A stretch of DNA of 64,000 nucleotides from Candidatus Bathyarchaeota archaeon (GCA_029259355.1 JAPDIZ010000003.1:69181-133180); one strand, 5' to 3'. Counted from the first letter of the stretch, positions 47,256-58,080 are shown. Notes: generated by a model from the sequence alone, not told the origin. Translations and numbers: made by a program.

Positions 47256-47990
47256 CTACCTTCTCCTACGAAGTATCTTCACATCCTCGGTCTTACACCC
47301 CACAAACACTACATCAGCAAGTCTTATGAAGAGCCCCGTCTCCACCACGCCGGGTATGCTCCTTATCCTCTGATCAAGCTCAGCAGGGTTCTCTATAACC
47401 CCGAAGTCTACGTCAACGACGAAGTTGCCGTTGTCTGTGACGATGGGGCCATCTTTTTTCGAGGCTATTCGCAGAGAAGGCTTTCCCCCAAGCTCCTCAA
47501 GCTTTCTAACTACGGCTGGTAGCGCAAAGGGCAACACCTCTACCGGGACTGGTTGTTTTCTCCCCAATTTCTCCACAACCTTTGTCTCATCTACCACGAC
47601 GACGAACTGCTTAGCTAAGCTGTCTACGACCTTCTCACGAGCGTGTGCAGCACCTCCTCCCTTTATCAGGTTGAGCTCAAAGTCTACTTGGTCAGCGCCG
47701 TCTATCGCTATGTCGATGGACGGGGTTTCGAAGAGATTGGTCAGCGGAATGCCGACTTCTGCAGCAAGCATCATCGATTGGTACGAAGTGGGTATCCCCA
47801 CTATGTCTAGCCCTTCTTCCCTGATGCGCCTTCCAAGCTCAATTATCGCATATCTGACCGTAGAACCCGTTCCCAGCCCAACGACTTGACCACTCTTCAC
47901 AAGCTTCGTCGCCTCAATCGCTGCCGCTTTCTTCGCGCTCTCCTTCCAGCTCATCTCCACCAACCTCCACCAACTTATCGAGCTCCTCAA
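47256..47990 (-). CDS. rpiA: ribose-5-phosphate isomerase A
   Basis: VVGLGTGSTVRYAI; IDGADQVD; KGGGAAHAREK. Confidence 0.8.
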   Translation of the reverse strand: MRSSISWWRLVEMSWKESAKKAAAIEATKLVKSGQVVGLGTGSTVRYAIIELGRRIREEGLDIVGIPTSYQSMMLAAEVGIPLTNLFETPSIDIAIDGADQVDFELNLIKGGGAAHAREKVVDSLAKQFVVVVDETKVVEKLGRKQPVPVEVLPFALPAVVRKLEELGGKPSLRIASKKDGPIVTDNGNFVVDVDFGVIENPAELDQRIRSIPGVVETGLFIRLADVVFVGCKTEDVKILRRRR

Positions 47991-48468
47991 GCTTCTTCAA
48001 AGCTCTAGCGATCTCCTCTCGCAAAGCCTCAATCTCTCCTCTTTGCTCAGCAGGCTTCGGAGAAGGCTTGGGTTTAGCAGCTTGCGTCCTCTGCGGAAGA
48101 GGTAAGCGCGCAACAGTTTCTGGCTTAGGCATAGGCGCTTCTTCCAATCTCTCTATTCGCTCAAGCTCAGATCGGTAGCGCCTAAGCAACGCGTGGAAAT
48201 CGCTTTCCCCGATCTCTCCCCTAGCCTTCGCATCGTATATGCGGGTAAGCGCGTAGCCGATGATCTCCCTTTCTATGGCGAGCACACCTTTTGAGAGGGG
48301 TGTGTCTAGCTTTTCGGAGACGAACCCGCTTCCTTGGATACGAGGCGTTCTAGATTTGAGGAGCGCAGCTGTTGCGACAGCTACGACAGCAACTATAGCG
48401 GATGCGAGCAAGAGCTGTGTGAGGGGGTCTAAGCCAAGCCCCTGTAGTACTGATGGCTCAACCAACAC
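47914..48468 (-). CDS. hypothetical membrane-anchored protein with Pro/Lys-rich linker and acidic coiled-coil tail
   Basis: N-terminal TM helix, then PKPETVARLPLPQRTQAAKPKPSPKP linker; overlaps the annotated 5' end of rpiA. Confidence 0.3.
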   Translation of the reverse strand: MLVEPSVLQGLGLDPLTQLLLASAIVAVVAVATAALLKSRTPRIQGSGFVSEKLDTPLSKGVLAIEREIIGYALTRIYDAKARGEIGESDFHALLRRYRSELERIERLEEAPMPKPETVARLPLPQRTQAAKPKPSPKPAEQRGEIEALREEIARALKKLEELDKLVEVGGDELEGEREESGSD

Positions 48469-48562
48469 CCATCCCTTGCCCTAACCCTTCCAGAGGAGCT
48501 CCTAAAAACGTTTGTGAAAAGCCGAAGCCACAGAAGTAGCTAGAAAACGAGAAGATTTTGCC

Positions 48563-49288
48563 TTAGGTCATGGGAGCGTATATACCTAGGTAGAGCCTAC
48601 CGAGGTCTGGGTGGGAGAGCAGCTCCTTAGCTGAGCCGCTGAATATTGGGCGGCCAGCTACGAAGAGGTATGCGCTGTCACCTATTTCGAGAGCACGCTT
48701 AGCGTTCTGCTCCACCAAGACTATGGTCATGTCGTGAGTATCCCTCAGCTGGACAATCTGCCCCAAGATCGTTCTCGCTATCTTAGGCGCTAGGTTTGCC
48801 GTAGGCTCATCGAACATCATGAGCTTGGGGTGCCGAATGAGCGCCATAGCTATCGCCAGCATCTGGCGCTCTCCTCCGCTCAGCTTCATCGCCTTGCTAC
48901 CCATGTACTCCTTTAGAATGGGGAAGAGCTCCAGCACCTCGGCCATCCTAGACTCCACTTCATCCCTAGGAACTGTGTAGCTCGCCATCAGCAGATTTTC
49001 CCTAACCGTTAGGTGCGGGAAAACGTTTTCCACCTGCGATAGATAGGCTATGCCCACCCTAGCTACTTCGTGAGGCTTGAGGTTTGTCAAGTCGATTCCG
49101 TCAAAAGTTATCTTTCCGCTGTAGAGGCTAGTCAGCCTGAAGATGGTCTTAAGCATCGTAGACTTGCCGCTTCCGTTTGGACCCACGATTACGGTGATCT
49201 CTCCGTCTCTCACCTCCATATCTACGTCGAACAGCACCTGAAGGCTTCCGTAGCCTGCGTTGACTCCCTCAGCTACCAAATGGGGCAA
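48563..49288 (-). CDS. livF: ABC transporter ATP-binding protein, LivF-type
   Basis: Walker A GPNGSGKST; signature LSGGERQ; Walker B MMFDEP. Confidence 0.8.
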   Translation of the reverse strand: MPHLVAEGVNAGYGSLQVLFDVDMEVRDGEITVIVGPNGSGKSTMLKTIFRLTSLYSGKITFDGIDLTNLKPHEVARVGIAYLSQVENVFPHLTVRENLLMASYTVPRDEVESRMAEVLELFPILKEYMGSKAMKLSGGERQMLAIAMALIRHPKLMMFDEPTANLAPKIARTILGQIVQLRDTHDMTIVLVEQNAKRALEIGDSAYLFVAGRPIFSGSAKELLSHPDLGRLYLGIYAPMT

Positions 49289-49291
49289 GCT

Positions 49292-50086
49292 TCACCCACC
49301 CAGATACGATTCGATGACCTCGGGAGTGTTCACTACGTCCTTAGGCTTTCCCTCAGCGATCACCCTCCCTCTGTGCATAGCGTAGACGTGATCCACGTAT
49401 TGAAGCGCGATGTCGAGCCTATGCTCGACTATCAAGAACGATATACCCAACTCCTTCCTCAAACCAAGTATGTGCTCAAAGATCTCGTGAGCCAGCCTCG
49501 GGTTTATGCCAGCTATGGGCTCATCCATCAAGATAACTCGGGGGTCGCTCATCAGCGCTCTGCCGATCTCAACGAGCTTCATTTGCCCACCGCTCAAAGC
49601 GTTTACGGGCGTGTTCCACAGACCGTCTAGGTTGAGTATCTCGAGCACGTTAAACGCCTTCTCTACAAGCTCTTCCTCTTGCTCGACCCAAGTCTTCTTC
49701 AGCACAGCCTTAGACAGGTTTTCGCCTACTTGGCTTCTAGCTGCTACCAAGAGGTTCTCCAAGACCGTGAGCTTGGTGAAGAGAGCGGGTATCTGAAAGG
49801 TTCGAACTACACCGCTCTGGTATATCTTGTGGGGAGGCCAACCCGTTATGTCGGTTCCGTTAAACCTCACCCGCCCATCGTCTAGCCTGTAGATTCCAGA
49901 GACCACGTTGATCAGCGTAGTCTTTCCGCTGCCGTTGGGGCCGATGAGCATGACCAAAGATCTGTCTCCAACGCCCAGCGTAGCCCCATCTAGCGCAACC
50001 ACTCCGCCAAATCGCTTCCGAACGTTTTCTACGTCTAACACCCTTCCGTCTGATCCGCTCATACCCGTGGAGCCACCCTTTCCCAC
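49292..50086 (-). CDS. livG: ABC transporter ATP-binding protein, LivG-type
   Basis: Walker A GPNGSGKTT; signature LSGGQMK; Walker B ILMDEP. Confidence 0.8.
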   Translation of the reverse strand: MGKGGSTGMSGSDGRVLDVENVRKRFGGVVALDGATLGVGDRSLVMLIGPNGSGKTTLINVVSGIYRLDDGRVRFNGTDITGWPPHKIYQSGVVRTFQIPALFTKLTVLENLLVAARSQVGENLSKAVLKKTWVEQEEELVEKAFNVLEILNLDGLWNTPVNALSGGQMKLVEIGRALMSDPRVILMDEPIAGINPRLAHEIFEHILGLRKELGISFLIVEHRLDIALQYVDHVYAMHRGRVIAEGKPKDVVNTPEVIESYLGG

Positions 50087-50154
50087 TTTTGTGGGCTTAG
50101 TGAGGCATCAAAAAAGGAAGAGGTTATTTATTAAGTTTAGCGCTACCCATGCTC

Positions 50155-51597
50155 CTAGAACCACTGGACGGTTCCCGTAGCAGCGTTGTAGATACCTACG
50201 TCAACCCACTTGTACTGGCCATCGACGAGCTGGACGTTGGTTATGACATAGTCACCGTAGGCGCGGTCACCCGCGTCGTCGAGAGCGGTCCAGCCAGTAA
50301 CGCCGAAGTACCTGTCGGCGACCTCGGGTATGGCCTTGGCTACGGCTTGCCCGTCGTAGACCCTTGCCTCAAGTATAGCGAGAGCTGCTATCCACGCAGA
50401 GTCGTAGAGGTTCATTGAGTATGGGTGCGGATCGATGCCGAACCTGCTTCTGTACTTCTCGATGAACGCGTCCTTCTTTGGAGACTTTGCTGGTGTGTAG
50501 ATAGTTGAGCCTACGAAGACTGCGCTAACGACATCGCCTACGCTCTCAGCAATCCTCGTCGAGTAGGCAATGCCATCGGTTCCGAACCACTTGACATCCA
50601 TGAGCACGCTGTAGTCCTTAGCCAAGCTGAGTATGCCTGTTCCTTCTTCGAACGAGATTAGGACGACGCCTACGTCAGCGCCAGCGCCGAAGGCGTTGAC
50701 AGCATCAGCGAGCTTGCTTACCTCAGCAGAGTAAACCGCTGCATATGGGTCGTAAGGTATCTCGGTGGTGGTGCCGCCCATAGCCTCGAAGTTCTCCTTG
50801 ATGGCGTCCCTGAGACCAACTCCCCAGTCGTCGTTTCTGTAGATGATTACGAGCTTCCTTATGCCAGATTGCCATATGATGTGAGCAAGTGCTTTGCCTT
50901 GGGTTACGTCAGTAGGCACCGTTCGGAACAGTGGGTCGCCAGCGATGGCGAGACCTGGGAACGTCGAGGAGGGGCTTATGGTTACGAGGTTGTTTTCCTT
51001 CAAGTAGCTGAGCACCTTACTCGCTTCGCCGCTGGCGTATGGGCCTACATAGACCTTTATGCCCTTAGCAGCAAGCGACTTAACGGCCTCTAGGGCGCCA
51101 TCTGGCGAGGTCTTGGTGTCTTCGATGTATATCTTAAAAGCGACGTTTAGGCCGAGGGTGTTGTGGACGTAGTCGTTAATGTCCTCCTCCGCTAGTATGA
51201 GCGCGTTCTTCCCATTTTCGCCGTAAGAAGACAGAGCGCCTGAGAGGGGTATTAGAGCGCCGATGGGCACTTCGCTTGGAAGCTGGCCCGCAGCAGTCGC
51301 GCCTACGCCAGGCGCTGCTGCGAGGATGTAGCCGATGCCTGCGCCCACCAGTATGCCTATCACTAGTACAACGACCAAGTAGGTGATCGATGGCTTAGCC
51401 GACAATTTTTTCACCCACCTACCCGTACCTCTTGAATATGGCCTTTTGCCATGGAGACGAATACATAGCAAGGGGGTAGGTAGAAATATAACTCTTTTTG
51501 TGGAGAATACAGCAAAACGCGGCGGTGGAGCGGGCGAAAAGCGTGGTGAGCCCATGATCCACCTTGAGATACTGAAGGAGGCGGTGATGTTCAGCAA
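50155..51597 (-). CDS. ABC transporter substrate-binding protein (type I periplasmic binding fold, Liv-like)
   Basis: N-terminal membrane anchor/signal segment, then alpha/beta binding-protein fold; the ORF-track N-terminus is probably over-extended. Confidence 0.75.
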   Translation of the reverse strand: MLNITASFSISRWIMGSPRFSPAPPPRFAVFSTKRVIFLPTPLLCIRLHGKRPYSRGTGRWVKKLSAKPSITYLVVVLVIGILVGAGIGYILAAAPGVGATAAGQLPSEVPIGALIPLSGALSSYGENGKNALILAEEDINDYVHNTLGLNVAFKIYIEDTKTSPDGALEAVKSLAAKGIKVYVGPYASGEASKVLSYLKENNLVTISPSSTFPGLAIAGDPLFRTVPTDVTQGKALAHIIWQSGIRKLVIIYRNDDWGVGLRDAIKENFEAMGGTTTEIPYDPYAAVYSAEVSKLADAVNAFGAGADVGVVLISFEEGTGILSLAKDYSVLMDVKWFGTDGIAYSTRIAESVGDVVSAVFVGSTIYTPAKSPKKDAFIEKYRSRFGIDPHPYSMNLYDSAWIAALAILEARVYDGQAVAKAIPEVADRYFGVTGWTALDDAGDRAYGDYVITNVQLVDGQYKWVDVGIYNAATGTVQWF

Positions 51598-52540
51598 CCT
51601 CTTGGTGCTGATGTCGATAGGGCTTACGCTAACCTACATGACCCTCAAGGTCCCGAACTTCTCTCACGGAGACTTCGCCACCCTCGGCGCCTACGCAGCC
51701 TACACCCTCTACAAGCTCATGGGGGCTGGAATAGTTTCGACGGTGCCTGTAGCGTTTCTCTTCTCAGGCGCTGTAGCGCTCATGCTCTACTACGTGGTCT
51801 TTAGACCTCTCTGGAAGAGGGGAGCGGGTATAGTGGTGCTCATGATCGCCTCCATAGCTCTAGAGATCGCGATAAGGAGCTGTGTACACATCTACGCAGA
51901 CGTGATGACAGCAGCCACTCCCCCCGACGTGTTCTTCAGAGGCTTCATGATCACCGAGGAGTTTGTGCTCAACATCGGTGGGTTGGTGCTTCCCGGCTTA
52001 CTCACCCTATCCACGCTCATGGTGGTAGTGCTCGTCGTATCTCTCTACATCCTCCTCACCAAGACCAAGTTCGGCATAGCGATGAGAGCAGCAATAGAAA
52101 ACCCAAGCTTAGCTAGCACCGTGGGGATAAACGTAGACTTGGTCTATGCAGTATCTTGGTTCTTGGCGGGAGGGCTTGCTGGCGCAGCAGGAGCTCTTAT
52201 CCCCCTATACTTCCCGTGCGACCCAGAGAGTGGTTGGTGGTTCCTGCTCAGAATATTCACCGTAACCATATTGGGCGGTCTCTCAGGCCTTTGGGGTACT
52301 ATAGTGAGCGGCTACATAGTGGGCTTTTCAGAGGTCATAGGCATCTACCTGCTTTCGCAGCCTCCTCTCTCGCTTTCAACAGCTTATAGACCAGCTATAG
52401 CCCTCCTCATACTAGTTATTACGCTGTTGGTAGCTCCCAAGGGCTTGAGCGGCATCGAGTGGGATCAGGTCATGTACTCGCTCAAAAAGCGGTTTGGTGG
52501 TGTGGTAAGCGTTGGTGTTGGGGATAGTCGATCCAGTTAG
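51554..52540 (+). CDS. livH: ABC transporter permease, LivH-type
   Basis: Polytopic permease; start placed at internal ATG (MIHLEIL) to avoid overlap with the divergent substrate-binding gene. Confidence 0.7.
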   Translation: MIHLEILKEAVMFSNLLVLMSIGLTLTYMTLKVPNFSHGDFATLGAYAAYTLYKLMGAGIVSTVPVAFLFSGAVALMLYYVVFRPLWKRGAGIVVLMIASIALEIAIRSCVHIYADVMTAATPPDVFFRGFMITEEFVLNIGGLVLPGLLTLSTLMVVVLVVSLYILLTKTKFGIAMRAAIENPSLASTVGINVDLVYAVSWFLAGGLAGAAGALIPLYFPCDPESGWWFLLRIFTVTILGGLSGLWGTIVSGYIVGFSEVIGIYLLSQPPLSLSTAYRPAIALLILVITLLVAPKGLSGIEWDQVMYSLKKRFGGVVSVGVGDSRSS

Positions 52541-53600
52541 GTTTTTGCTAGACTTCACAGCGCTCTACGCAGTGTACATGATACTGTCAGTTAGCTTAAA
52601 CTTCGAGTATGGCTACTTGGGCATACCAAACTTCGGCAAGGTGCTCTTCTTCGCGGGAGGAGCCTTCATAGTTGGGGGTATGACAGCTAGGTTTGTTGCT
52701 TGGCTAGCAGGCATCGCCTACTCACCTGAGACATACTCTATTGAGAACGTCAAGCTATCTATGCAGGTTTCACAATACTTCGCTCAAAACCCCGGTGTAG
52801 CGATCTTGGTGCTGCTGTTAGCGGTTGTACTAGCTATAGGGTTCAGCGCTTTGCTGGGGCTGTTGGCTTCTTATCCCGCTATAAGGCTGAGGGAGGACTA
52901 CTTAGGCATAACGCTTCTCGCCATGGGCGAGTTGCTGAGGGTTATTGCGAGAAACTATGAGCCATGGGTTTGCGGAACATTTGGAGTGGCGGTGCCCGAT
53001 CCCTTGGCTTGGGTGCCCACCTCCCTCCACGACTTTGCCTACATCGCACTAATGCTATCCGCAGCCTTCGGCGTCTGGCTATTCACCGAGCAGCTAGCTC
53101 GCTCACCGTTTGGCAGAATGCTTAGAGCGATAAGAGACAACGAGGTAGCTGCGGCTGCGCTGGGCAAAGACGTAGTGAAGACTAGGATGAAGGTGCTGAT
53201 AGTGGGCTCGGCGATGGCTGGGCTTGCTGGAGCACTCCACGCATTCTACACCCACGCCGTCCACCCAGACGACTACATGCCCATAAGGACATTCTTGGTG
53301 TGGGTTATGGTGATTCTTGGAGGAGCTGGCAACAACGCTGGCGCTATGCTGGGCGCACTCATCTACACGCTCATCGATAGGCTCATCGCTCAGTACAAGT
53401 ACGCCATAGCAGCCCCCTTCGACGTAAACTACCTGAGCTACGTAATCTTGGGGATAGTGCTCATCCTCGTCCTTATGTACAAGCCCGAGGGAATCTTGCC
53501 AGAGAAGCCTAGCGAAACCATCGACTTTTCGCGAAAGAAGCAAGAGCTTGAACAGGCGAAGCAGTCTGGGAGAGAGCTAGAGGTGTTTTCTAGCGATTAG
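52512..53600 (+). CDS. livM: ABC transporter permease, LivM-type
   Basis: Polytopic membrane protein downstream of livH with overlapping junction. Confidence 0.75.
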   Translation: MVLGIVDPVRFLLDFTALYAVYMILSVSLNFEYGYLGIPNFGKVLFFAGGAFIVGGMTARFVAWLAGIAYSPETYSIENVKLSMQVSQYFAQNPGVAILVLLLAVVLAIGFSALLGLLASYPAIRLREDYLGITLLAMGELLRVIARNYEPWVCGTFGVAVPDPLAWVPTSLHDFAYIALMLSAAFGVWLFTEQLARSPFGRMLRAIRDNEVAAAALGKDVVKTRMKVLIVGSAMAGLAGALHAFYTHAVHPDDYMPIRTFLVWVMVILGGAGNNAGAMLGALIYTLIDRLIAQYKYAIAAPFDVNYLSYVILGIVLILVLMYKPEGILPEKPSETIDFSRKKQELEQAKQSGRELEVFSSD

Positions 53601-54452
53601 CACATACTCCCTACACCAGTATAGTGGAAACCTATTGAGTATTTTCGCTAGCAGAACTAGGGCTCTCAACAAGCTCCTCGAAAACCTCCTGTACAGTATC
53701 CAGTCAAAGTTAGCGGAGGTTTTTCGAAAGAGTAGCAGAGCCCACCTATCGCCTCCGAAGAGCTGGGCCAGCTCAGCTTCACCCATAGCTCTATCAGGTG
53801 GGGTGAGCGATCTATCAACCGAGTCCCGGTACTCGTCCTGAAGGCGCTTGATGGCTTCCCTCTTGCGCTCGAGGTGTTTTCTCGCAAGCTTAACCAACCA
53901 CCTCAGAGGCGGTGCCCCCCAAATGGGATCCATCCACTCTTCACGTGGAGCGATAACCACCACCAGCCCGTTGGGCTTAAGCACTCTCCAAACCTCGCTT
54001 ACAACAGTCTCAGCATCGTGGACGTGTTCGAGCATATGGCTGCAGAGCACCACATCCACCGAGTTGCTGCGGATAGGGAGCAGCTCCCCAGGCGAAAGCG
54101 CAAAACAAGCTTCTTTGCAGCGCTTGCTCGCTTGCCGCAGAAGAGCCTTGGAGATGTCCGATCCAAAAAAGCGTGGGGGTTTTTCGCACACAGCAGCTAT
54201 CTCGCTTAGGACAAGCCCCTCTCCGCACCCACAGTCTAAGCAGATTTGGCCATTTCTACCATCAAACACCTTCTTCCAAAGCCTTCGAAAGAAGCCTTGC
54301 CTAACCTCTCGCTCAGCAAGCCTAACGTCTCTAGGAACCTTGTAGTAGACGGTGAGCGCATGGTCGTCTAGCTCCTCATAAGCGCTGTATATGGCTGAGT
54401 ATATCTTGTCGTAAACCTCTACGTGCCTCTTAAGCCTCTTCCCCTGCTTCAA
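53577..54452 (-). CDS. class I SAM-dependent methyltransferase
   Basis: Motif I ICLDCGCGEGLVLS. Confidence 0.7.
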   Translation of the reverse strand: MKQGKRLKRHVEVYDKIYSAIYSAYEELDDHALTVYYKVPRDVRLAEREVRQGFFRRLWKKVFDGRNGQICLDCGCGEGLVLSEIAAVCEKPPRFFGSDISKALLRQASKRCKEACFALSPGELLPIRSNSVDVVLCSHMLEHVHDAETVVSEVWRVLKPNGLVVVIAPREEWMDPIWGAPPLRWLVKLARKHLERKREAIKRLQDEYRDSVDRSLTPPDRAMGEAELAQLFGGDRWALLLFRKTSANFDWILYRRFSRSLLRALVLLAKILNRFPLYWCREYVLIARKHL

Positions 54453-55914
54453 TACTGACCTCCTCTATCCAATACTCTACCACCCAGTAGCCGCTATCGA
54501 ACAACCTGATCTGTCCAGAGCTTGAAGCTGAGCGCTCCACCACCACGTATGCAGGAGGCTTCGTCACATAGCTTGGCGTAAGTGGGTATGCCCACCACCA
54601 ATGCCCCACCCCATATGCGGTGAGAACAGGTTCAGCCCCTCTCTCCACAACAAACGAGTATACCAAGCTCTCCTCCCAAGATATTCCGTAAAAACCCACC
54701 GACTTCTCAACCACTACTCGAGCCATAAGCGTTGCCCAAACCCCTTGGATTAAGATAAGCACCGCGACCAAAGCAAGCGCGAGCACCCAGACCCACCTAG
54801 AGGGGAGAGGAAGGCGCAGAGCCTCCGCTGCATCGCGTAGGAGCAAGGCGAGGGCAAAAATTCCTAGAGTGCTTAAGCAGAGAACGGGGTACGTTAGGTA
54901 CTGGATGAAACGGGCTATGGCATATTCGCCCACAACTCCTGAAGCGATGAGGAGGTGAGGAGCAACCACCCAAGCAGCAATCGCTTCCCTGGCCAAGGAC
55001 GAAGAGCTTTCTCGCTTCATCGCCAAGTAGACCACTCCAAGCATAGCGAGCGCAGTATAGGGGAGGAAGTAGCTTGCGAGGTAGAAGTTTTTCAGTGCCA
55101 AGACTCTCCAATCGCTCACCAAGCCTTTTTTAGGAAGCTGCTCAGCTATGCGAAGCCCACGAACAAGCGATTGAGCAGCTCTCGAAGTCATCGATCTGCT
55201 CTCTACAAACAAGTTAACGCTGTTTACCTCTTGATGCCAAGCATATGCGTAGGCGGTTGCACCTATCAACGCAACCAAAACCCACAGCCAGTCCAGCCGC
55301 TTCTTCGCCAACGCGTAGAGAGTGAGTAGCAAAAGCGTCGAGAAGGCCACAGCGGGGGTGGAGAGGTGCAGAGACCCAGCGAATGAGAGAATCAGGAAGA
55401 CAACTAGGGCTTCTCGAGCGCCAACTCGCTTGCTCGAAACAAATGCAAGGAGAAGGGCTACAAAGAAAAAACCTATGGCTGTTGGGTAGCCTCCCCACGA
55501 ATACACTAACAGATCGTTTATCGAAAGCGCGACGAAGGTGGAGGCGAGGAGAGCAAAGCTTCTTCCCAGCTTAGAGCACAGGCAATACACTGCAAGCACT
55601 GACAAAGAGTTTAGGGTGATGGAGATTAGAGTGAGCGCGGTCAGCGCTTGGAGAGCGTCTAGAGAAGAAGCTGTGGCTACGCAAGCAGCGACCACGTGGA
55701 TTGAAGATGCGTAGACTCTCCACGCATCTATCCAAAAGTACCCAAGCCGATCTACATTCTCTATGGCCAAAACCTGCGAGAGGTGTCTACCCGCATCACT
55801 TCCGCAGCCAGCGTATCCATCGAAGCCGTAGGCTTTCACCGAAAAGCTGAGCACAAGGATTAGGGCTAAAGTTAGCTTGCGCATACATAAGCGCGATCTA
55901 AGCTCTTCAGCCAA
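54430..55914 (-). CDS. polytopic membrane protein with C-terminal soluble domain (possible GT-C-like glycosyltransferase or polymerase)
   Basis: 494 aa, more than 10 hydrophobic helices; 23-nt overlap with the downstream methyltransferase. Confidence 0.4.
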   Translation of the reverse strand: MAEELRSRLCMRKLTLALILVLSFSVKAYGFDGYAGCGSDAGRHLSQVLAIENVDRLGYFWIDAWRVYASSIHVVAACVATASSLDALQALTALTLISITLNSLSVLAVYCLCSKLGRSFALLASTFVALSINDLLVYSWGGYPTAIGFFFVALLLAFVSSKRVGAREALVVFLILSFAGSLHLSTPAVAFSTLLLLTLYALAKKRLDWLWVLVALIGATAYAYAWHQEVNSVNLFVESRSMTSRAAQSLVRGLRIAEQLPKKGLVSDWRVLALKNFYLASYFLPYTALAMLGVVYLAMKRESSSSLAREAIAAWVVAPHLLIASGVVGEYAIARFIQYLTYPVLCLSTLGIFALALLLRDAAEALRLPLPSRWVWVLALALVAVLILIQGVWATLMARVVVEKSVGFYGISWEESLVYSFVVERGAEPVLTAYGVGHWWWAYPLTPSYVTKPPAYVVVERSASSSGQIRLFDSGYWVVEYWIEEVSIEAGEEA

Positions 55915-55972
55915 CCCCTCACCTTCGAAGCTCCTTATCCAAGTAGCTTTTTATAATAGCGCTTGTTAATCT

Positions 55973-56986
55973 GTGAGACCAGCATTGACTCAAGTGCTTT
56001 TGGCTTTACAACTCCTTGCATCGATGGCTTTATCGTTTGCAGCTACGTACATCCTCGTACCACTAGCCATAGAGAGGCTAACAGCTAGAGGTATCTTCGG
56101 CGTAGATGTCCACAAACCTACTCAGCCCCGAGTGCCAGAGATGGGTGGAGTAGCATTTGTTGGAGGATACCTGCTTGGAATGCTATACCTCCTCACCGCA
56201 TTCCCTGGCTACATAACCCCCATACTGGCTGCGCTTTGCAGCATACTGATGATCTGTTTGATGGGGATGCTTGACGACATACTCGACCTAAGCCAGAGGA
56301 CCAAAGCAACCCTTCCACTAATAGCATCCCTTCCGCTGATAATAGCTGTGAGCAGCGACCGCGCCATGCTCATCCCCCTCATCGGTCGAGTCCAGCTAGG
56401 CCTCATCTACCCCTTCCTCTTGGTTCCCATAGGCGTCACAGCTGCGTCCAACTTAACTAATCTATTAGCAGGGTTCAACGGCTTAGAAGCGGGTATGGGG
56501 ATAATCGCTCTCTCCTCTCTGGTGATATCTGCCCTGTTAATAGGACACGATTTATGCGCAGTGATAGCAGCGCCCATGATCGGCGCACTAGCCGCTTTCT
56601 TCCTCTTCAACCGATACCCAGCTAGGATCTTCCCGGGAAACGCGGGCACCTTCTCGATAGGTGCTGTGGTTGCTGCAGCCGTTATACTGGGCGATATGGA
56701 GGTTATAGGCGTAATATGCCTCATGCCCTACATCATAGAGTTCTTCATCAAAGCAAGAACCAAGTTCAAGGGGGTTTGCTTCGGCGTTCTAAACCCCGAC
56801 GGAACGCTTTCTCCGCCAAGAGGCAAGCACGTCGAGTCCTTAACCCACATCCTCATGCTCAACGGAAGATGCACTGAAAAGGGTTTGGTGTATAGGCTGC
56901 TGCTCATAGAAGCATTCTTTGGCACGATAGCCATAGTTGTAGCTCACTTAAGCCTCTACTTCATTCTACTCAGACCAGTCAGCTAG
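55973..56986 (+). CDS. MraY/WecA-family UDP-HexNAc:polyprenyl-phosphate HexNAc-1-phosphate transferase (AglH-like)
   Basis: MGMLDDILDLS (D-D motif), NLTNLLAGFNGLEAG, FPGNAG; paralog of 12521-13486. Confidence 0.8.
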   Translation: MRPALTQVLLALQLLASMALSFAATYILVPLAIERLTARGIFGVDVHKPTQPRVPEMGGVAFVGGYLLGMLYLLTAFPGYITPILAALCSILMICLMGMLDDILDLSQRTKATLPLIASLPLIIAVSSDRAMLIPLIGRVQLGLIYPFLLVPIGVTAASNLTNLLAGFNGLEAGMGIIALSSLVISALLIGHDLCAVIAAPMIGALAAFFLFNRYPARIFPGNAGTFSIGAVVAAAVILGDMEVIGVICLMPYIIEFFIKARTKFKGVCFGVLNPDGTLSPPRGKHVESLTHILMLNGRCTEKGLVYRLLLIEAFFGTIAIVVAHLSLYFILLRPVS

Positions 56987-56991
56987 TACCA

Positions 56992-57433
56992 GAAGTAGGG
57001 GTTGTTGCAAGCAATCCACGCAAGCTGGAGTATGCTGTAGACGAAGTAGGCAGCGATCAGCGCGTAACTAGCCATGCGCTCACGCAGCGAAGCAGTTTGG
57101 AGCGCACCACAGGCAATGACCATCGCCAGCAGTGGAGTAGCAGCCAGCATGTACCTCGCCTCCTTGTGTATGAATAAGGAGTGTGCAAAGAGCTAGTGCG
57201 AAAGCATTAGCTGAAATAAACCAAGTCTTTTGATCTCCACGTAACAGAGCTATTAGCACAAGGTACAGCGCTGGGCCAAAGATTGCGAAGAAACAGTAGT
57301 AGAAGAACTCTGGGGGAGAGGAGTACTGTATGAGCAAAACCTGCTCTGTGTTTAGGTTAAAGGTTAGGAAGCGCCAAGGTGACTTAAACGGAACTCCATA
57401 AACCACGTAATCTAAGAGAGCTTGAATTGCCAT
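56992..57433 (-). pseudogene. frameshifted small membrane protein gene (possibly GtrA-like)
   Basis: One frame gives MAIQALLDYVVYGVPF...LLIHTQGG (57080-57433); a different frame continues ...EARYMLAATPLLAMVIACGALQTAS...MASYALIAAYFVYSILQLAWIACNNPYFW to a stop near 56992. Both halves are hydrophobic and protein-like. Confidence 0.4.
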
Positions 57434-57982
57434 AGCTACCGAGAAGCCAGCGACATAGGGAAAAGCAGCTTTGGAGAAGCGGTGAAGCTGGGGTTTAAAG
57501 AGGCTAGAGGAGACATAATCGTCCCAGTGATGAGGGATAGATCCGATATCCCTAAGCTACTGAAAGCTGTTCTCTCAGGCTACGACATAGCCATAGGCTC
57601 GAGGTTCATCAAGGGATCCAAGCTCGTAGGCCACCCGAGGTGGAAGCTATCCGCCAACAGGCTATACAACGCTTTGCTAATGGTTGTTACGGGGAGGAGG
57701 ATATCCGACTTCACCAACGCCTTCAAAGCATACAAAGGGGAAGTGCTAGATGGGATTAACCCAAGCTCGAGAAGCTTCGACATAACAGCGGAAATCGCGC
57801 TGAAGGCTGTGTTCATGGGAGCAAGAATGGTCGAAGTTCCCGTAGAGTGGAGAGGAAGAAGCAAAGGAGAGGCTAAGTTTAAGCTAACCGTTGGAGCAAG
57901 CTACCTCGCTACGCTGCTCAGGGTTTGGGTAGAGGGAATTGTGGGTAGAGCCTTATCCAAAGCTCGACGAGTTGTGTGGTGA
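57422..57982 (+). pseudogene. 5'-truncated GT2 (Dpm1-like) glycosyltransferase remnant
   Basis: Aligns to residues about 75 onward of the GT2 at 16059-16808 (GEAVKLGFKEARGD vs GEGTARIEGFNRS); the N-terminal nucleotide-binding region is absent and the catalytic MDADLSHPP position reads MRDRSDIP. Confidence 0.5.
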
Positions 57983-58080
57983 ATAGCCCTCTGCAAAGCG
58001 GTAGTTAAGCTGAGTCGAGGAAAAGCTCTTTTGAATGATGCGGGTTTTACGCTTATGCAAGGGGGAAGGCGAAGCTGTCC

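Noticed and set aside
51383-51597. Long N-terminal extensions of the divergent livH and substrate-binding ORFs overlapping each other
   Set aside because: The overlapping parts are non-hydrophobic and unlike the mature proteins; most likely over-extended ORF calls, so internal starts were preferred.
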